Assembly (NCBI GenBank): GCA_051294905.1
Contig: CM119374.1
Location: 22,196,001-22,260,000, forward strand
Length of the DNA: 64,000 nt
Direction: 5' to 3'
Source: Botryllus schlosseri
Lineage: Eukaryota
Part shown: piece by piece, positions 36,330 through 59,393 of the stretch
How positions within the stretch are numbered: the stretch's first letter is position 1
Layout: every line of letters starts with the position of its first letter
Program-made: the position numbers and the translations under genes
Notes under the pieces: generated by a model
What the model saw: only the letters and a program-made list of their open reading frames with translations
Told to the model about the DNA's origin: nothing
Databases searched by the model: none

Positions 36330-36696
36330 GAAAGTGGATGTATTTTTAGCGAATCCAACCAAACTACTCTAAGGCGCCGTCTTGCGTGGGTTCGTAAAAT
36401 CATTTCGTCCCGTTCACCTCCAGACGCATTGTCAAAAGCGAACACCTCGCCGATTACTACACATCAGCACATCCACTGTAATGTAGCGCCGTGGTGTTTC
36501 CAGTCGAAGTTATCTCTGCCCGTCGAGTTGAATATTCATCTCAACATGACACCGCCGCGGTTTTTAGATCTCATCTAACAAGGCTATTACAACGGTTGTC
36601 CCGTTACTATGCGCTACAATCTCAGTAGGTCACGATAACCATTCACGCCATCGAGTATCACTTGCTTATTCAACCGGAACCCCACACAATAACGCT

Positions 36697-36710
36697 GTTG
36701 ACATAGCGAC
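36697..36710 (-). promoter_or_regulatory. Candidate RFX X-box upstream of the CFAP97D2-like gene
   Basis: Minus strand GTCGCTATGTCAAC matches the X-box consensus GTYNYYATRRNAAC at 13/14 positions. It lies just upstream of a putative non-coding exon donor (ACAG|GTACT ~36770) and ~520 bp from the ATG. A second looser motif, GTTACTATGCGCTAC, is at ~36603. Confidence 0.4.
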
Positions 36711-37230
36711 CCGTTCTATTGTTAATCATCCGTGAGATCCGTCAGCGATACGGTCCGGGATAATAAGACAGGTACTTGACAGCAACAGACGTATATTGGT
36801 AGTTTTTCAGGGATACCCATGTAATTGGATTGGTTAAAACAGCGCATATATCTGCAGCAGTTTTTTATTTACTTCACCCCAAGAGCTAAGCTCTAGTCGG
36901 ATATTGATTGAGAGTTGCCCTATGTTACACAGTCAGCGTAATTGACTAGGAGAGTTCAATAGTAATGAATTAGCAATATTTTCACGTTGCTGCTGTCCAT
37001 AAGTTTTATCTGACTGATTCACGCTCTCGACTATCTAATCGCCCGCATAATACGTTAGTTAAGAACTCAAATGGTGGTTATTCAACGTCACTGGAGGTAT
37101 CCCCGTCTACATAATGGTAACTTAATACTAATTAGACGCATAATGAATCTCGAACCGCCTAATTAAGATGACGATCCCGGATTGACTTTCAGTTATTCCC
37201 CTATATACCTTCTATGTAAGATATATCAAC

Positions 37231-47408
<10,178 letters not shown>

Positions 47409-48409
47409 ATATGAATTGCAATATTGAAATCGCTCGGCCCAAGTTGCTGTTTGTCGTTAGGCTGTAGTAGAAGCTACTTCTTTAATTCTAATCTTTGCTT
47501 GCGTTGCACAAATTTATTTCGCTTTACCCTGTACGGTAGTGTTCCGATCTAGATTGCTGGTCGTATAGGCAGATCAAACCAATCAAGTGTCTTCCAGACT
47601 GCCTGGCGTGGTTTTAGCGTACGAACAAACACAGTATTACATATTTCAGTATTACACCTTAATCACCGTTCTTCCGTTTATAATTTGGTTATGTTTTGGT
47701 GCGTTGTGCTTGTTCTGGCAGAATCATGCCCTAAAACTTTACAAACGAGTCGAAGACTACGAAATGTCACTTTTGTGACTTGAAATACCGTATTCAACGG
47801 AATGTGTTGAACGTTTTCCGACTATATCTGTTCAATGGCGGTCATAGTACGTGATAGCAATGAAGCTTTAAGTCTTGATCACTTCTGACTCTTCTGTCCT
47901 TGGTGTTTTCATCAGTAGTAATGTGATGTTGAAAGAAACTTACTATGTGATGAGGTATGTTACTGTGCATAATAAATGAAGAGAATTTAGCTGAATCACA
48001 AACTGCCGAGTGTTGTCGATGTTACGGGTGTGTATTCAACCTTGTGTTAGGGCTGGAATGAAGTTAAAGTTTAGCGTGTTGTTCGGATCTTTATTTTAGC
48101 AAGGACTGCGCGCAAGAAATTTCTAATCAATTATTATGGTTACCCAACAAATGTCGCGTAAGCAAAACACATTGAAAATCCAACGTCGAGTACGGCAGGC
48201 GGGCAGAATAACTTTGTTCAGTTGAGATGATCTTCAAGGCAGTACTTCATCAATTACATTTCTTTGAATGAAATTTTCCAAACGTTTTCCTGGTCACGCT
48301 ATTTCCTGGGTGATTATTGAAAGAAAATATCGATATCCGCACATACATAGGAATACCATATTTTGGAATCGAGATAGGAGGACACTAATTAGCTGATCAA
48401 GACTGAAAT

Positions 48410-48657
48410 CAACGGATTTTGAGTTGACTAAAAACAAGGTCGTCACTTACGACCGACTCCCGAATTACCCGCTCGAACGTCCGTATTTGCTATTTAGCGT
48501 CTTTTATGCCCATTTTCAGTCGAATCTGTCCGTTATCCTAGCTGTAGAGGAGGCCGAATTGACAAAAATGAAGACAATTAGGCGTCCTCGGAGGACATTT
48601 TCAAAAACCTGAAAAAGGAGGACAAATCCTCGTAAAGGAGGGCGTATGGTAACTCTA
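48410..48657. mobile_element. Right-end fragment of the GAGGAC-array element
   Basis: Similar to ~20630-20844; ends GTATGGTAACTCTA. Confidence 0.55.
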
Positions 48658-48778
48658 GCTAATGGTATATGTATTATAGGCAACACAACGAGCATGTGTC
48701 AACCGATACAACCACGATAAGGTGTTCTTTAAATAAAAAATCCAAGGTAGCACAAAGCTTCAAAACCCGATCGATTAC

Positions 48779-50024
48779 CAGTGTTAGGATCAAGTCACTA
48801 CCTTCGAGTCATCTCGAGTCATTGCACATTTTGACTCGAGTCAAGTCAAGTCAATCAATTTTCGAAGGTGACTCGAGTCAAGTCAAGTCACTCGATTTTC
48901 GGAGGTGACTCGAGTCAAGTCGAGTCAAGTCAAGTCAAGTCACGAGTCAAGTCACAATTCAAGTCAAATTGAATCATCGACGTCTGGGTGATGATTCAAA
49001 TTCATAACATTTTGCCAGCTGCGTGAAAAAGATTAATTGGCCATTTAGCTTGAATCAAATAACGAATATAAACGTAAATATACAAGCAAATAGGTGATGT
49101 ATCGCACGCGCACACGTAGAACTGCTAATAAAATACGTGATTAACTAGTTACATGCTACAGTCGGGGAAGCGAGTGGCGCAGTTGGTTAAACACTGCAGT
49201 CACGACACCAATGGGTGATGGTTCGAGTCTCGGCTCTGCCATGTTTCTATGTGTCGGAGGTTTATCTGGGCTCCTCATCGCCGATCCCGCTGTAAATACA
49301 GCGCCTTCAAAAGCCCAGAGGAAGAGAGAGCCGAACTCTTGAAAGATGGCAGCTAAAGATCACGATGAAAGAGCTAAAAGCAAAAGAGACATCTGACGTT
49401 AATGAATTCATGTACTGGGCGCAAATGACTATAATAGCGATAAGCGCCAATGATGTGTCAATAAAACAAACAAACATGTAACAAACAAACTGTAATTATC
49501 AGCCAAAATAGAGGATCGAATACGAAGCTTCGAGAAGTTTAAACAAATTGATATACACTACCCATCTACACATATCCGTGAGAATATAAACGCATAAACT
49601 ATATTCCTTCGATTTAAATCCTAGAGAGGGTTGGTAAAGGTGAGCACTGCTCAATGTAAGCGCTGAGTCGACTAAGAAACAGAGATACGTTTCTATTAAT
49701 CTACTACTACTACGACAACGTAAGCCGTGATGATTTCGTTTGCGGCCAATTTATTTGTGATGTAACAATGGAGGGCCAGTGAAATGTACAATAAAAGGAT
49801 GACTGGTTGCTCTCACATGTGTCAGCGCCGTATCGCGAATAATCCGAACGTATACACATGATACAATGATTTAGTCGACACAGTTTGCTTATTGATGACT
49901 TGAAATTGACTCGTAAATTTTGCTCCGAGTCACGAGTCAATCCACATTTTTGAAGCGTCGAGTCAAGTCAAGTCAAGTCATTTTTGCAAAGTGACTCGAG
50001 TCAAGTCGAGTCATCCCAACACTG
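48779..50024. mobile_element. hAT-type MITE (GACTC/GAGTC-array family) carrying a nested SINE
   Basis: TIRs CAGTGTTAGGAT / ATCCCAACACTG; exact TSD TCGATTAC (48771-48778, 50025-50032); homologous to 1-378. Confidence 0.92.
49164..49337 (+). mobile_element. tRNA-derived SINE, family 1, nested in the 48779-50024 MITE
   Basis: Near-identical to ~17400-17570 (A box TGGCGCAGTTGG, B box GGTTCGAGTCT); shorter at the 3' end. Confidence 0.78.
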
Positions 50025-50559
50025 TCGATTACCATAGTGTTTTCGATCCCTTCACATCGCCACAGGTCGTTCATTCCACGACACGTCAGTAAAATACGAA
50101 ATCACTCAGAATCTCGCAACCACGCAACCACCTCATGTTGTCACTCCTTATATATGTTCACCACGACATTAACTCAACCTTGACGTGACGCGCGAAACTA
50201 TGCAAACTAATTTGTTCATGATTGCGATCATGTCTTATCGGGTGAAATTTGGAGCTCTTCATCGGCTATAGCCATTTCGCGCAAAATCAATTCAAATTTG
50301 CTATAGTAAATTACAGATGCCACAACTCCCTCTATGCCAGTAAACATGATCGATGGTCATCTATATCACGTGCATGTGCAATGTGCATCCAGTGTGCAAG
50401 ACGAGGGCTGAAGGAACACATCGATTGGAGTAGGGAACTATTGATAAGAGGTATAATATCTACGAGAATTATGGTTTCAATGTTCTTGAAACATCGATTG
50501 GTCGTATCACAGCTTCAAATACGTGTACTACGAAGACACGCACGTTAGTGGAAATGATC

Positions 50560-50760
50560 AACCCACAGCATTGTCACAGTGTGCAACGAAATAGGTATGG
50601 TCGAAATGAATACCAAATTAACTTTGTGTGTTGTTGAACTGGCATTTATTATTTATTCATGGTCGCATAAAAGGTACGCATTTGAACTTTTCGAATTGGA
50701 TGACGTCATAATGAGTGATACTGTAATACTCGACGCCACTCGAAGCCTACTTTTTTCCGA
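50560..50760. repeat. Degenerate internal fragment of the TCGAGT-array MITE family
   Basis: GGTATGGTCGAAA...ATACCAAA...GGTCGCAT...TTTGAACTT...TGACGTCATAATGAGTGATACT resembles 23390-23560 and 38200-38370; no TIR or TSD. Confidence 0.5.
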
Positions 50761-53700
50761 ATGGAATCAAATGCTCTTACCAATAAGCTGCTTGTTCGAT
50801 GTTATTTCTAAATTATTTTATTTCCGATAATCCGACATCCTTCATATACGATACGGCTACGCAAAAGCGCTACGATCATTGCGATTCCTGAAACAGGTCA
50901 AATCATGTGAGCTTGCAGTCTGTCGACCATCAGGAGCCTTAGATTTCCGCGATTTATTTGTCATCGGCAGAAAGATATAAATAGGACACAGAGAAAAAAA
51001 TCCGTATATCTTCGTACAAGTCATACTAAAGCAGTAAAGGCCATGGTAAAATGTAGCGGGTAATCAGAGTTAACAATATCGCTCCCGACGCTTCCGGAGC
51101 ACGGCCTCACAAGCGGTACTGTTTTTGTAGAGTTGTAACTCTTCGTAGAATCTGTTTGGCTTCTTGGCTTAATAGTTTTTAACCTTGCCGGAAACTTTTG
51201 CAGCAGACTTGCGCGGCACGGGCGACTTTGGCTTTGTGGAGACGGCCTTGATTTGGACCTTGAACATCAAGCTAAAATACAAGAAATTAGAGTTACTCAG
51301 TGTAGATAAGATACAGTTTGATGCGTTGATGAAGATATAGTTCCGGCTGATTAGTGCATTTAAAAGCTTACAATCTAATGACATGTGTTACTACGACAGT
51401 ATATTAACATGGGTGCAGTCAATAAATAAACACGTACAAATTTCAGAATCGGTACATCAACCTGATCAAGGCGTAACATCATGACTGATATAACATATAT
51501 ATTGTGCCAGTATTTGTATTATACAAGGTGATCAATCTGATCATTAATATTTCACATTAGCATGAGCAGACCATCCATCCATCCATCGAGACTGATATGC
51601 CACTGTCGAACCAGAAATGCTTCATCAGTTATCTAATCTTTTTATTAGCCGGGTCAAATCGCGTCACAAAAGTGGTTTCGCAATTACTTCGAACCATTTG
51701 TGGTGCATATCTGGTTCCAATTTGGAGCTGATTAAGTGGGATAATTCCTTGCTAAGGAGAATGGAACCCTCTTGGATCCGTGGACCCACGATTAAGAAAC
51801 TCTGCTTTGAATATATGCAGAGTCAATCTGTCAAACTAATTATACCCAAATTGAATCCAGATAGGTCATATAAATCTCAGCATTTGAATTAGAAAACACT
51901 GACGTCGATAACCGTAAATATAAATAGAATCTAGTATTGATGCTTCAGCAAATATTTATCGAAGGATTATTTAGATGACTTGAAAATTCAGTTGAAAATT
52001 TGACTCCAAGTCAGGAACTATTTGATATTTCTCACACATCGAGTCTGACTCAAGTCTAATTATGTTATGGTATTGATTCGAGTAAAGCCAAATCATTCGC
52101 AAAATATGACTCGAATCCTCCCAGGATTCATTTCAACCTGGAACTTTGCGGTATAACAATTGGAGATATTCCATAGTTTTAAGCAGGCTTATTTAAAAGA
52201 CACTCAGTACGACAAGATCATGAACGTAAAGGTCAAGGTCAAATATGCAGCACCGCATTCTATGCCATGAATCTGCATGGAATGCCTGTTACTGGCGCAT
52301 GTGGGATTTCAGTATTCACTGAGCCAGTTTCGACTTGAATTTGTCAGGAAATAAATACGCTGACTGAGCCACTCGACATGACATATGAATTGTTACTCAC
52401 AATTCGCAAATGTATTTGTGCTTTACTTTTCGTCCTTGCTCCGAACACGTTTCTGGCTTCCAATGCGAACCTTTGTAGTTTTTGCTGATTGCAACTCTTT
52501 CAATGGCCGTTGGTACGTCTCCGGGATGCAAAATTCTGAAATTTTGATTCCTATTGTTAAACTAACTAAACTTATCCGCAACTATAGTCCGGAATATTGT
52601 CGGAAATACTTCACATTCAATTGCGTTGCATAACCTGGCTATAGAGTTGGAACGTATGCAAATCTAACATGAATGAAAAGGCCATACAATACAACTGTGT
52701 TTCAGACCAGTTGCGGGGACATCAAGGTTTATCAATCTGGAACTTGAATGTGAAACATTCATAATAATATTCCTAAGTAAATTCGAACCTTCCACTCAAA
52801 TTACTGTAACACGAGGTTCCCTTCTGATAATAATTATCACCATCAGAGTAATATTCAGTTGATCCACACTACCAATCGTGATCAGTGGCTACTAACAGTT
52901 ATATCATCCTTGTCGACATGAGCGCACCGGAAGTAATTAAAGAGCATCAAATCCGTCTTGTCATATATGATGTGACGAACAGACTAAAATCATCTCGAAT
53001 TATCCATTGATAGTATGATACGTCGATCGATCGTAATCAATAATTTCGCGGTTCTCACGAACAAGCGTTCACAGAACAGGTGAATTCAGTAAGACTGTTT
53101 CGACTTCTAGATCGACAGAATAGAGAGTGTGCCGGAGCACCCAAATTGTGATGATAATTAGGCGCACACGTTCCTGAGCAGCGACGTATTCCCTCATATT
53201 TTAGGATCAATGGGCGAGCAGAGTGTGGTGCAACTCAGAACACATTTTTGCAGTTTGCACTAAGCAGTTCTATCTCTATTTGAAGTGAGATGTAAGCTGT
53301 GCTCGGTTATATTGAGTAAGGCTTAATGTTAATTCAAATAATATCATGGTTTATTTTTTCTCAATTCAGAACGTCTTGTTGATGATATAACATTGTTTCT
53401 ATAACAAATTCACTTTACAATGATATTGGTTCGATAGCCTGTGCAGTGTGCAGGGTGCACAATGCACATTCGAGCTATTCGTAGTTTCCATCAAGATTTG
53501 CAGGTACGTCAATTACAACTTACAAGTATTGCCAACTGAAAAATGTAAAGCTTACTCAATGCATTGTAATATGGCGAAAATAAATCAAACATTTCCAATA
53601 TCAATAAAGAAAACAAGAGATTTTTCCTGAGCGCAGATATACTGTAGCTAGTCGCTCTGCCGAAGGTATACTGCAATAGCTTTACCATTGCTTCATCATT

Positions 53701-55291
53701 GTCGAATATTTTACAAATAGGCCTACACTCCAAGACGATATCTACGAAATTACCGAGATCATTCTCGTGCGGATGCATTACAAATTGGATGAAATGAACA
53801 AAGCGACAATGATTTATATAATCACGTATACGGTGCGATATCCGGATTTGTGAACATTCGGAATTATAGCAAATTGCACCCTCCGATTTAAATCCGGCGT
53901 GACATGGTGAGCATATGGCTTTCGTGAAAATTACAGCCGGAACCTGTAGTTATATATCTTTGCAATTGCACCGTGTTGAGAGAACATGGCGATAATAAGG
54001 AGCCCGGATCAAGGCGGCTTTTACCTCCAATAGATCACAGTCACAGATATAGATATATTCTTTGGGAGTCAGACTTCTTGTGTATGTACTATTTGCGCAT
54101 TTTACCATGTAGCTAGTAATATTTTATAGGTAACAGTATTCAGCGAACTGATTCAGTATTAACACTTACGTTAGGTCGAGAGTTTTCTTCACAGAAGTTT
54201 TTAAGTCTCTAGTGATTTCGTAGCTCGCAGCAGATCCATCCTCCCAAGTCCATTTTGCTCGACCTTCCTCAGTGCGATTGTACGACAGGCCTGTGATTAG
54301 TATAAAGAGTAGTGGGTATAAAACCTAGATTAATCTAATATAATCATCATCATAACTGAATACTTAACGGAATAGGCATTCCTGATAAGATCATTGGCCG
54401 TTATTATGAGATGAAATCCTGCATTTGGTTGCACGTAAAAAACTTATTATGCATATAGACATCGTCATCATGTTTTTATTTATATGCCGTTAATTAGAGT
54501 TAAAACTAGTCAGTTAATCAGAGCAGTCCACAATAAGCAGCAATTTTTTTGAATTTATACTAGATGCGTGAATGGTCATATGCATAGCCAGCCCGGGTTA
54601 GCATTTCGGGAGCTAAACTTTTATAATATAACGTGACCGCACGGATATCCATTATGACGTAGATAAACAAATGAGGGGCTCACTGTTCAACTCGAAACGT
54701 TGAGGGAGCATTGGCACCGTCCCTCTTGACTACACCACTGGAGTGATGACTCAGTGTTAACATAAAGTTTTTGGCCAGTTCATTCGAAGACGCCAGAATT
54801 ACAATCACTTACCTTTCAGCATGACCGAAATATTATTCACGCACACAGGATGTAATTATTAGCTGGTATATGGGTAATCAGCCGAGCTTATTAGCCTTAC
54901 CTATCCAGTAAAACGAATTATCTGTAGGGTCGATTTCCTTGATGTAATCGGCCAATGCGGTCAACTTATCGTGATCTTTGGCTACTGCAAGTCGGGCGTT
55001 ACCATCGGCGGAACACCTGGTAAATAATATTCCACATTAAAGGCCAGAGCAGTTTTGAGAAAGTGCGGCATCGCACCCACGAACGTTTGAATGCAGATAT
55101 ATATTGAGCGGCAAATAATATCGCATGGCAGCTGTACTGTATGCATCATATCAACCATTATTCTCTAAGATGCGAAATGTATATTAGGCATTTTATATTT
55201 ATGAGTCACCAATGACCTATTCAACAATTTTGTTTCAGCAACTTATATACCTGATTAAATTTATGTCTAACTACATAAGCAAAATGAAAAC

Positions 55292-57591
55292 ATGAATGCA
55301 TTATGCAGTTATTCATTCGTTATCACCATCGTGGCAATTTGCGTTGGTCGAGACTCCTCGGAAGGTACCATAGAATATAATATAAATACTACATCTGCAT
55401 TGTACAACGTCTCGCGTTACGCCAACGCGATCTATAATAAAGAAGCTCCCAACGACACGTCGTCACATATAACGGTGAACTTGGAAAAGACACCCGATCC
55501 ATCACATAATACGAAACGTCTCAATCCGTTACGTTGTCGCACTGGGCCGGTACCAGAAGAACCTTACATCCGACCGTGTTGCGATTACTATTATGATTTG
55601 TTTTCAAGTAGATGGACGGATGGAAATTATTACCTCACGACCTTTCTGGAGAGGCTGCAACGTTGGAATTGCACGCAACTGCACACAGAATGCGAAAGGC
55701 AGACATTCTCGTTTACGAAGTTTACAGAGTTGGTATATCAAAGATTCTGCAATCCAAATGAACTAATAACCAGTTGTATATCATATATTCGCGATGCCAT
55801 CACAAGGTATCAGTTTCTGGATTCTGAATATTCAAAACAATCCAATTGGACTTTACTGGTGGAGTCCTTAAATTCCGATATGATAAGCTGGCCTGATTTA
55901 CTGTCGCCGTGCGTTCAAATCGCTTTGTTTGATCGACAAGATGGTGGAGTCGGGCGTTACCTTGAGATCGCAGAGCCGTTTGTTCCGTACTGTGGTTTAC
56001 AGTGGAACGGATTTGACTACAGGACTGCGACGGAGAAAAATGTATCACCGTGGATGGCGATGAATGTGGGGTTAGTATTAGAAATCCTGCTAATGAAAAC
56101 CAAGCGTTACATATCATTTGCACAGAATTGAATGAAGATTGTCGTCTATTTATCTATATACAAAATTTTTATCCAACCCGTGAGTGAACAACCTATTTTT
56201 TCCAATTAAAATAATTGTTTATCTGGGATGCCTGGTGCTATTTAATTGTTTTGTCCAATCCCACCCCAACTTTCAATTGCTAAGAAAACCACTTCTGTAT
56301 TATCTTTAGATGCAAAGCCGGAATCGGGATCGGAATGCTCGTTATGGGATTAGGATCACTTTTTACAATCATCTGCAATAGTATAATTCTTTACGTTTTT
56401 GGGACTGCCAGGACCCTTAAAAACAGTCAGGCGACTTACAAAATATCATTAGCGGTGGCTGACCTTACGATAGGTATCGTAGTGTGGCCTAACATGATCG
56501 TCATGCAGTATTTAACTTTCTTCATTCCAAGATCTATGGGGAGTGTGATTCTAAGACCATATATATACGAAGGTTCAAACTATCCATTCGATAAGCCCAA
56601 TGTCACTTATCGATACAGCGGGGGGTCGTTTACCGATATCTTCCCTTCAGATTATTCACAAGCCATGGGATTTTTCTCAAATCTTGGCATCGTAGTGTCT
56701 GTCTACACACTCATGCTTGCAAGTATTGATCGATTACTAGCGATAGCATTTCCCATGAAGTATAGTAGACACAGGGCGGAGAAAATTGCTAAAATAGTAT
56801 GCGTCATGTTGTGGCTGTTGTCGTGCGTTTTCTCAGCGGTGCCGATATTTGCCGATATGAATCTCCGCTATACAGTTTTGTCGTCAATACTAATTGGTGC
56901 GACAGGGGAAGCAGCTTTAATACTACTTCTAATCGGCCTTGTGGTCCCCCTTATCATCACTCTGATTCTTAGCGTGTTAACATTTCTCTCGTCGCGAAAA
57001 CACGCGCGAAATCGGCGGGATATTATTGCGTCACAGCAACGCAATCATGCGTACGAGAGAGATCTCGAACGAAGACTGGCGAGAACTCTAATTCTAATGG
57101 TCGGTGCCTATACTTTTTCTGTGTTGGCACCGGTATGCTGTTCGGTCGCCGGGTTACTTTCCACGACCACGACTTGGTCTGACCCGAAGAATCTGAACTT
57201 GGCAGCCGCAAACGCGTACACTACCAGCGAATACCTTTCTGTTATCATCCTGTCGACTAACAGCATATGGAACTTTTTCATTTACAACTGGCGGAACAAA
57301 GCCTTCCGTGACTCTGTGACGTTACTGCGCAAGAGGATCAACAGCAAGCCTGGATTTAGACATGCACTTATTGCTATCAGGCGGCTAATATCAATGGCTA
57401 GAAGCGCAAAAAGCTACACGACCGTACAAATTAGAAGATACAGCGTCCCATTTCTATCCACGTCAATGTCTAACAACGTTGCAACTGTCTCTAGTGAAGT
57501 GTACGTCGCGACATTTCAACAGCGATCAAGCATGGGATCTGTTAACGTATTAGACAAGGAATGTCCAGTACAAAATCCGCAACCAGAATAG
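55292..57591 (+). CDS. Class A-like GPCR with N-terminal 10-Cys ectodomain, paralog B (2 coding exons, 686 aa by my model)
   Basis: Exon 1 55292-56070; 239-bp phase-2 intron (GG|gttagt ... tttag|A); exon 2 56310-57591 with ICNS, LAVAD, SIDRL and NSIWNFFIY. Ectodomain aligns with paralogs A and C. Confidence 0.9.
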
Positions 57592-58815
57592 TGTTTGTAC
57601 CCGGCGTCCAGCAGAAAATGATGATAGTAAATTATAAATTTGCCATCGTGTTGGAAAATCACGCGTTGATTACTGGATTCCCTCATTGAATATTTTTTCT
57701 TTGCTCAAGTATCGCTCAAGTCTCCTTTGATAGTCCTAGAGTAGACACACTACTAGTATTAACGCGACAACTTAAAAAGATTTCAAAACATGTGCTGCAG
57801 TAAATTAACGTCATTCGATGAACACTGAACAATATGTTTATAGCGAAGGCTTTGGATCACCAATCTTACGAAATCGGTGGTAGAGGTTTCTGGAATCATT
57901 ATTTAGCATCGTAGTTCGCGGTAGTTTAACATTGGATTTTACTCTCTCATGTTTGAACGTGCTAAAATTCAAATTTCGGACGCACATGCGAATTTCTTGA
58001 TACCTGTTTTGGATCTGCAACAATACATTTTTGTTGTTGTTGGAATTCCAATTCACTACTAGTTGCTGATGATTACCCCTGACGAGTGTTAGCCGAAAAT
58101 ATTCGGGCTCATTTCAATATGAAGATACTAATCAATTGTATGTTGGAATTCCGTGTCCAAATTTGCATCGCACTTCAAGCGCAACGGGTTTCCGGGACTC
58201 AAAATACTATATCCGCCAATCTTCTCCGCACAAAGCGCTTTTGTTACCCCATACTTTGAACATCCACTGTTCGTTGTGTATAGAGATAGTTTTCGTCTCA
58301 GTCGCGGTGTTGAAAAAAAGGTTTTGTTCTCGTATGTATGTGCAATGTGCATTGTGCGCTTGTGCAGTTTCCCTCATATATGCTTGTCACGAGGAGCATC
58401 GATAAGATGTGTTACGCAGTTCATACTCTCGTGTTTGTGTGAAATGAATATGCCTTGTTCTAAAATGATAGACACATTTCAATTTTTCAATCTGTTCAAT
58501 AGACACAATACACCATGGGACGATAAAAAACATAATCAGCGTGGACTTGATATTTGTATTTACGAAACAGGCCGTCGTAGTGCGTCGGGTTTAACCAGGT
58601 CAGAGGTCATACATATACGTGAAGCCTCGTCGTTTCGTAGGCTATATCTCGGCCTTCCGTACGCAACGTGAAACTATTGTTGCCACCAGAAACTATCGTT
58701 GCCACCAGATGGCAATCACGATATGAATACGTAGGACCTGTTTATTTCTACGAATTCTTTTGGATTATGGGCCCGAATTTACCGAGATGAAAGGGATTAC
58801 AATGCCGGATCGCCA

Positions 58816-58819
<4 letters not shown>

Positions 58820-58885
<66 letters not shown>
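58820..58885. repeat. (CA)33 microsatellite
   Basis: Perfect CA dinucleotide run. Confidence 0.97.
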
Positions 58886-58890
<5 letters not shown>

Positions 58891-59154
58891 ATACCACACA
58901 CCACACAGTGTATACTTAAACAGTCATACAACAAACATTACTACTCGGTCATCATGCATCAATAAACAAATTTGAACAGTTAGTTTTGAGAAATAACCGT
59001 GGTTGACCCACTAACCGTCAACAATCTCTGATCTCTGGCTACCAGTTGATTGGTAAGATATGCTTACAACGTACAAGACCCTAACAACCATTACTGAAAA
59101 TAAATCAATCTGCACGCATTGCACGGTGCAGCCTTTAAAGAGAGAGAGAGAGAG

Positions 59155-59393
59155 GGGGGTCAGATTTATTTTCGCCTGCACCATCGAGATGCTTTGACGA
59201 TGGAGATGCGATACGACCCTTAAGTAAGGTCATCTAGTCTACACCGCCAATTTCTCTCCTCCACGCTATCCATGAATGCTGAGCGCCTAGCAAGATAGCC
59301 GCGGATACTAGTTTTCGAGTCTTTGGGCTGACCCGGCCGGGATTGAACCCACGACCTCCCGATCAAGAAGCCGGATGCATCACCATTACACTA
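59155..59393 (-). mobile_element. tRNA-derived SINE, family 2
   Basis: Minus strand: A-box-like TAGTGTAATGGT, B-box GGTTCAATCCC, core CCAAAGAC...CTTGCTAGGCGCTCAGCATT, then a (CT)n tail (59139-59154 as AG on +); homologous to 19291-19526. Confidence 0.75.

Noticed and set aside
51640-51800. Another GPCR ectodomain remnant (QIA...FEPFV...DPWT)
   Set aside because: Only a few short motif matches, with stops and deletions and no conserved cysteines; not distinguishable from chance by eye.
58153-58671. 172-aa ORF downstream of GPCR-B
   Set aside because: Starts at GTG, has no recognisable motif, splice support or paralog; probably chance.
58760-58975. His-Thr repeat protein ORF
   Set aside because: Artefact of translating the (CA)33 microsatellite.
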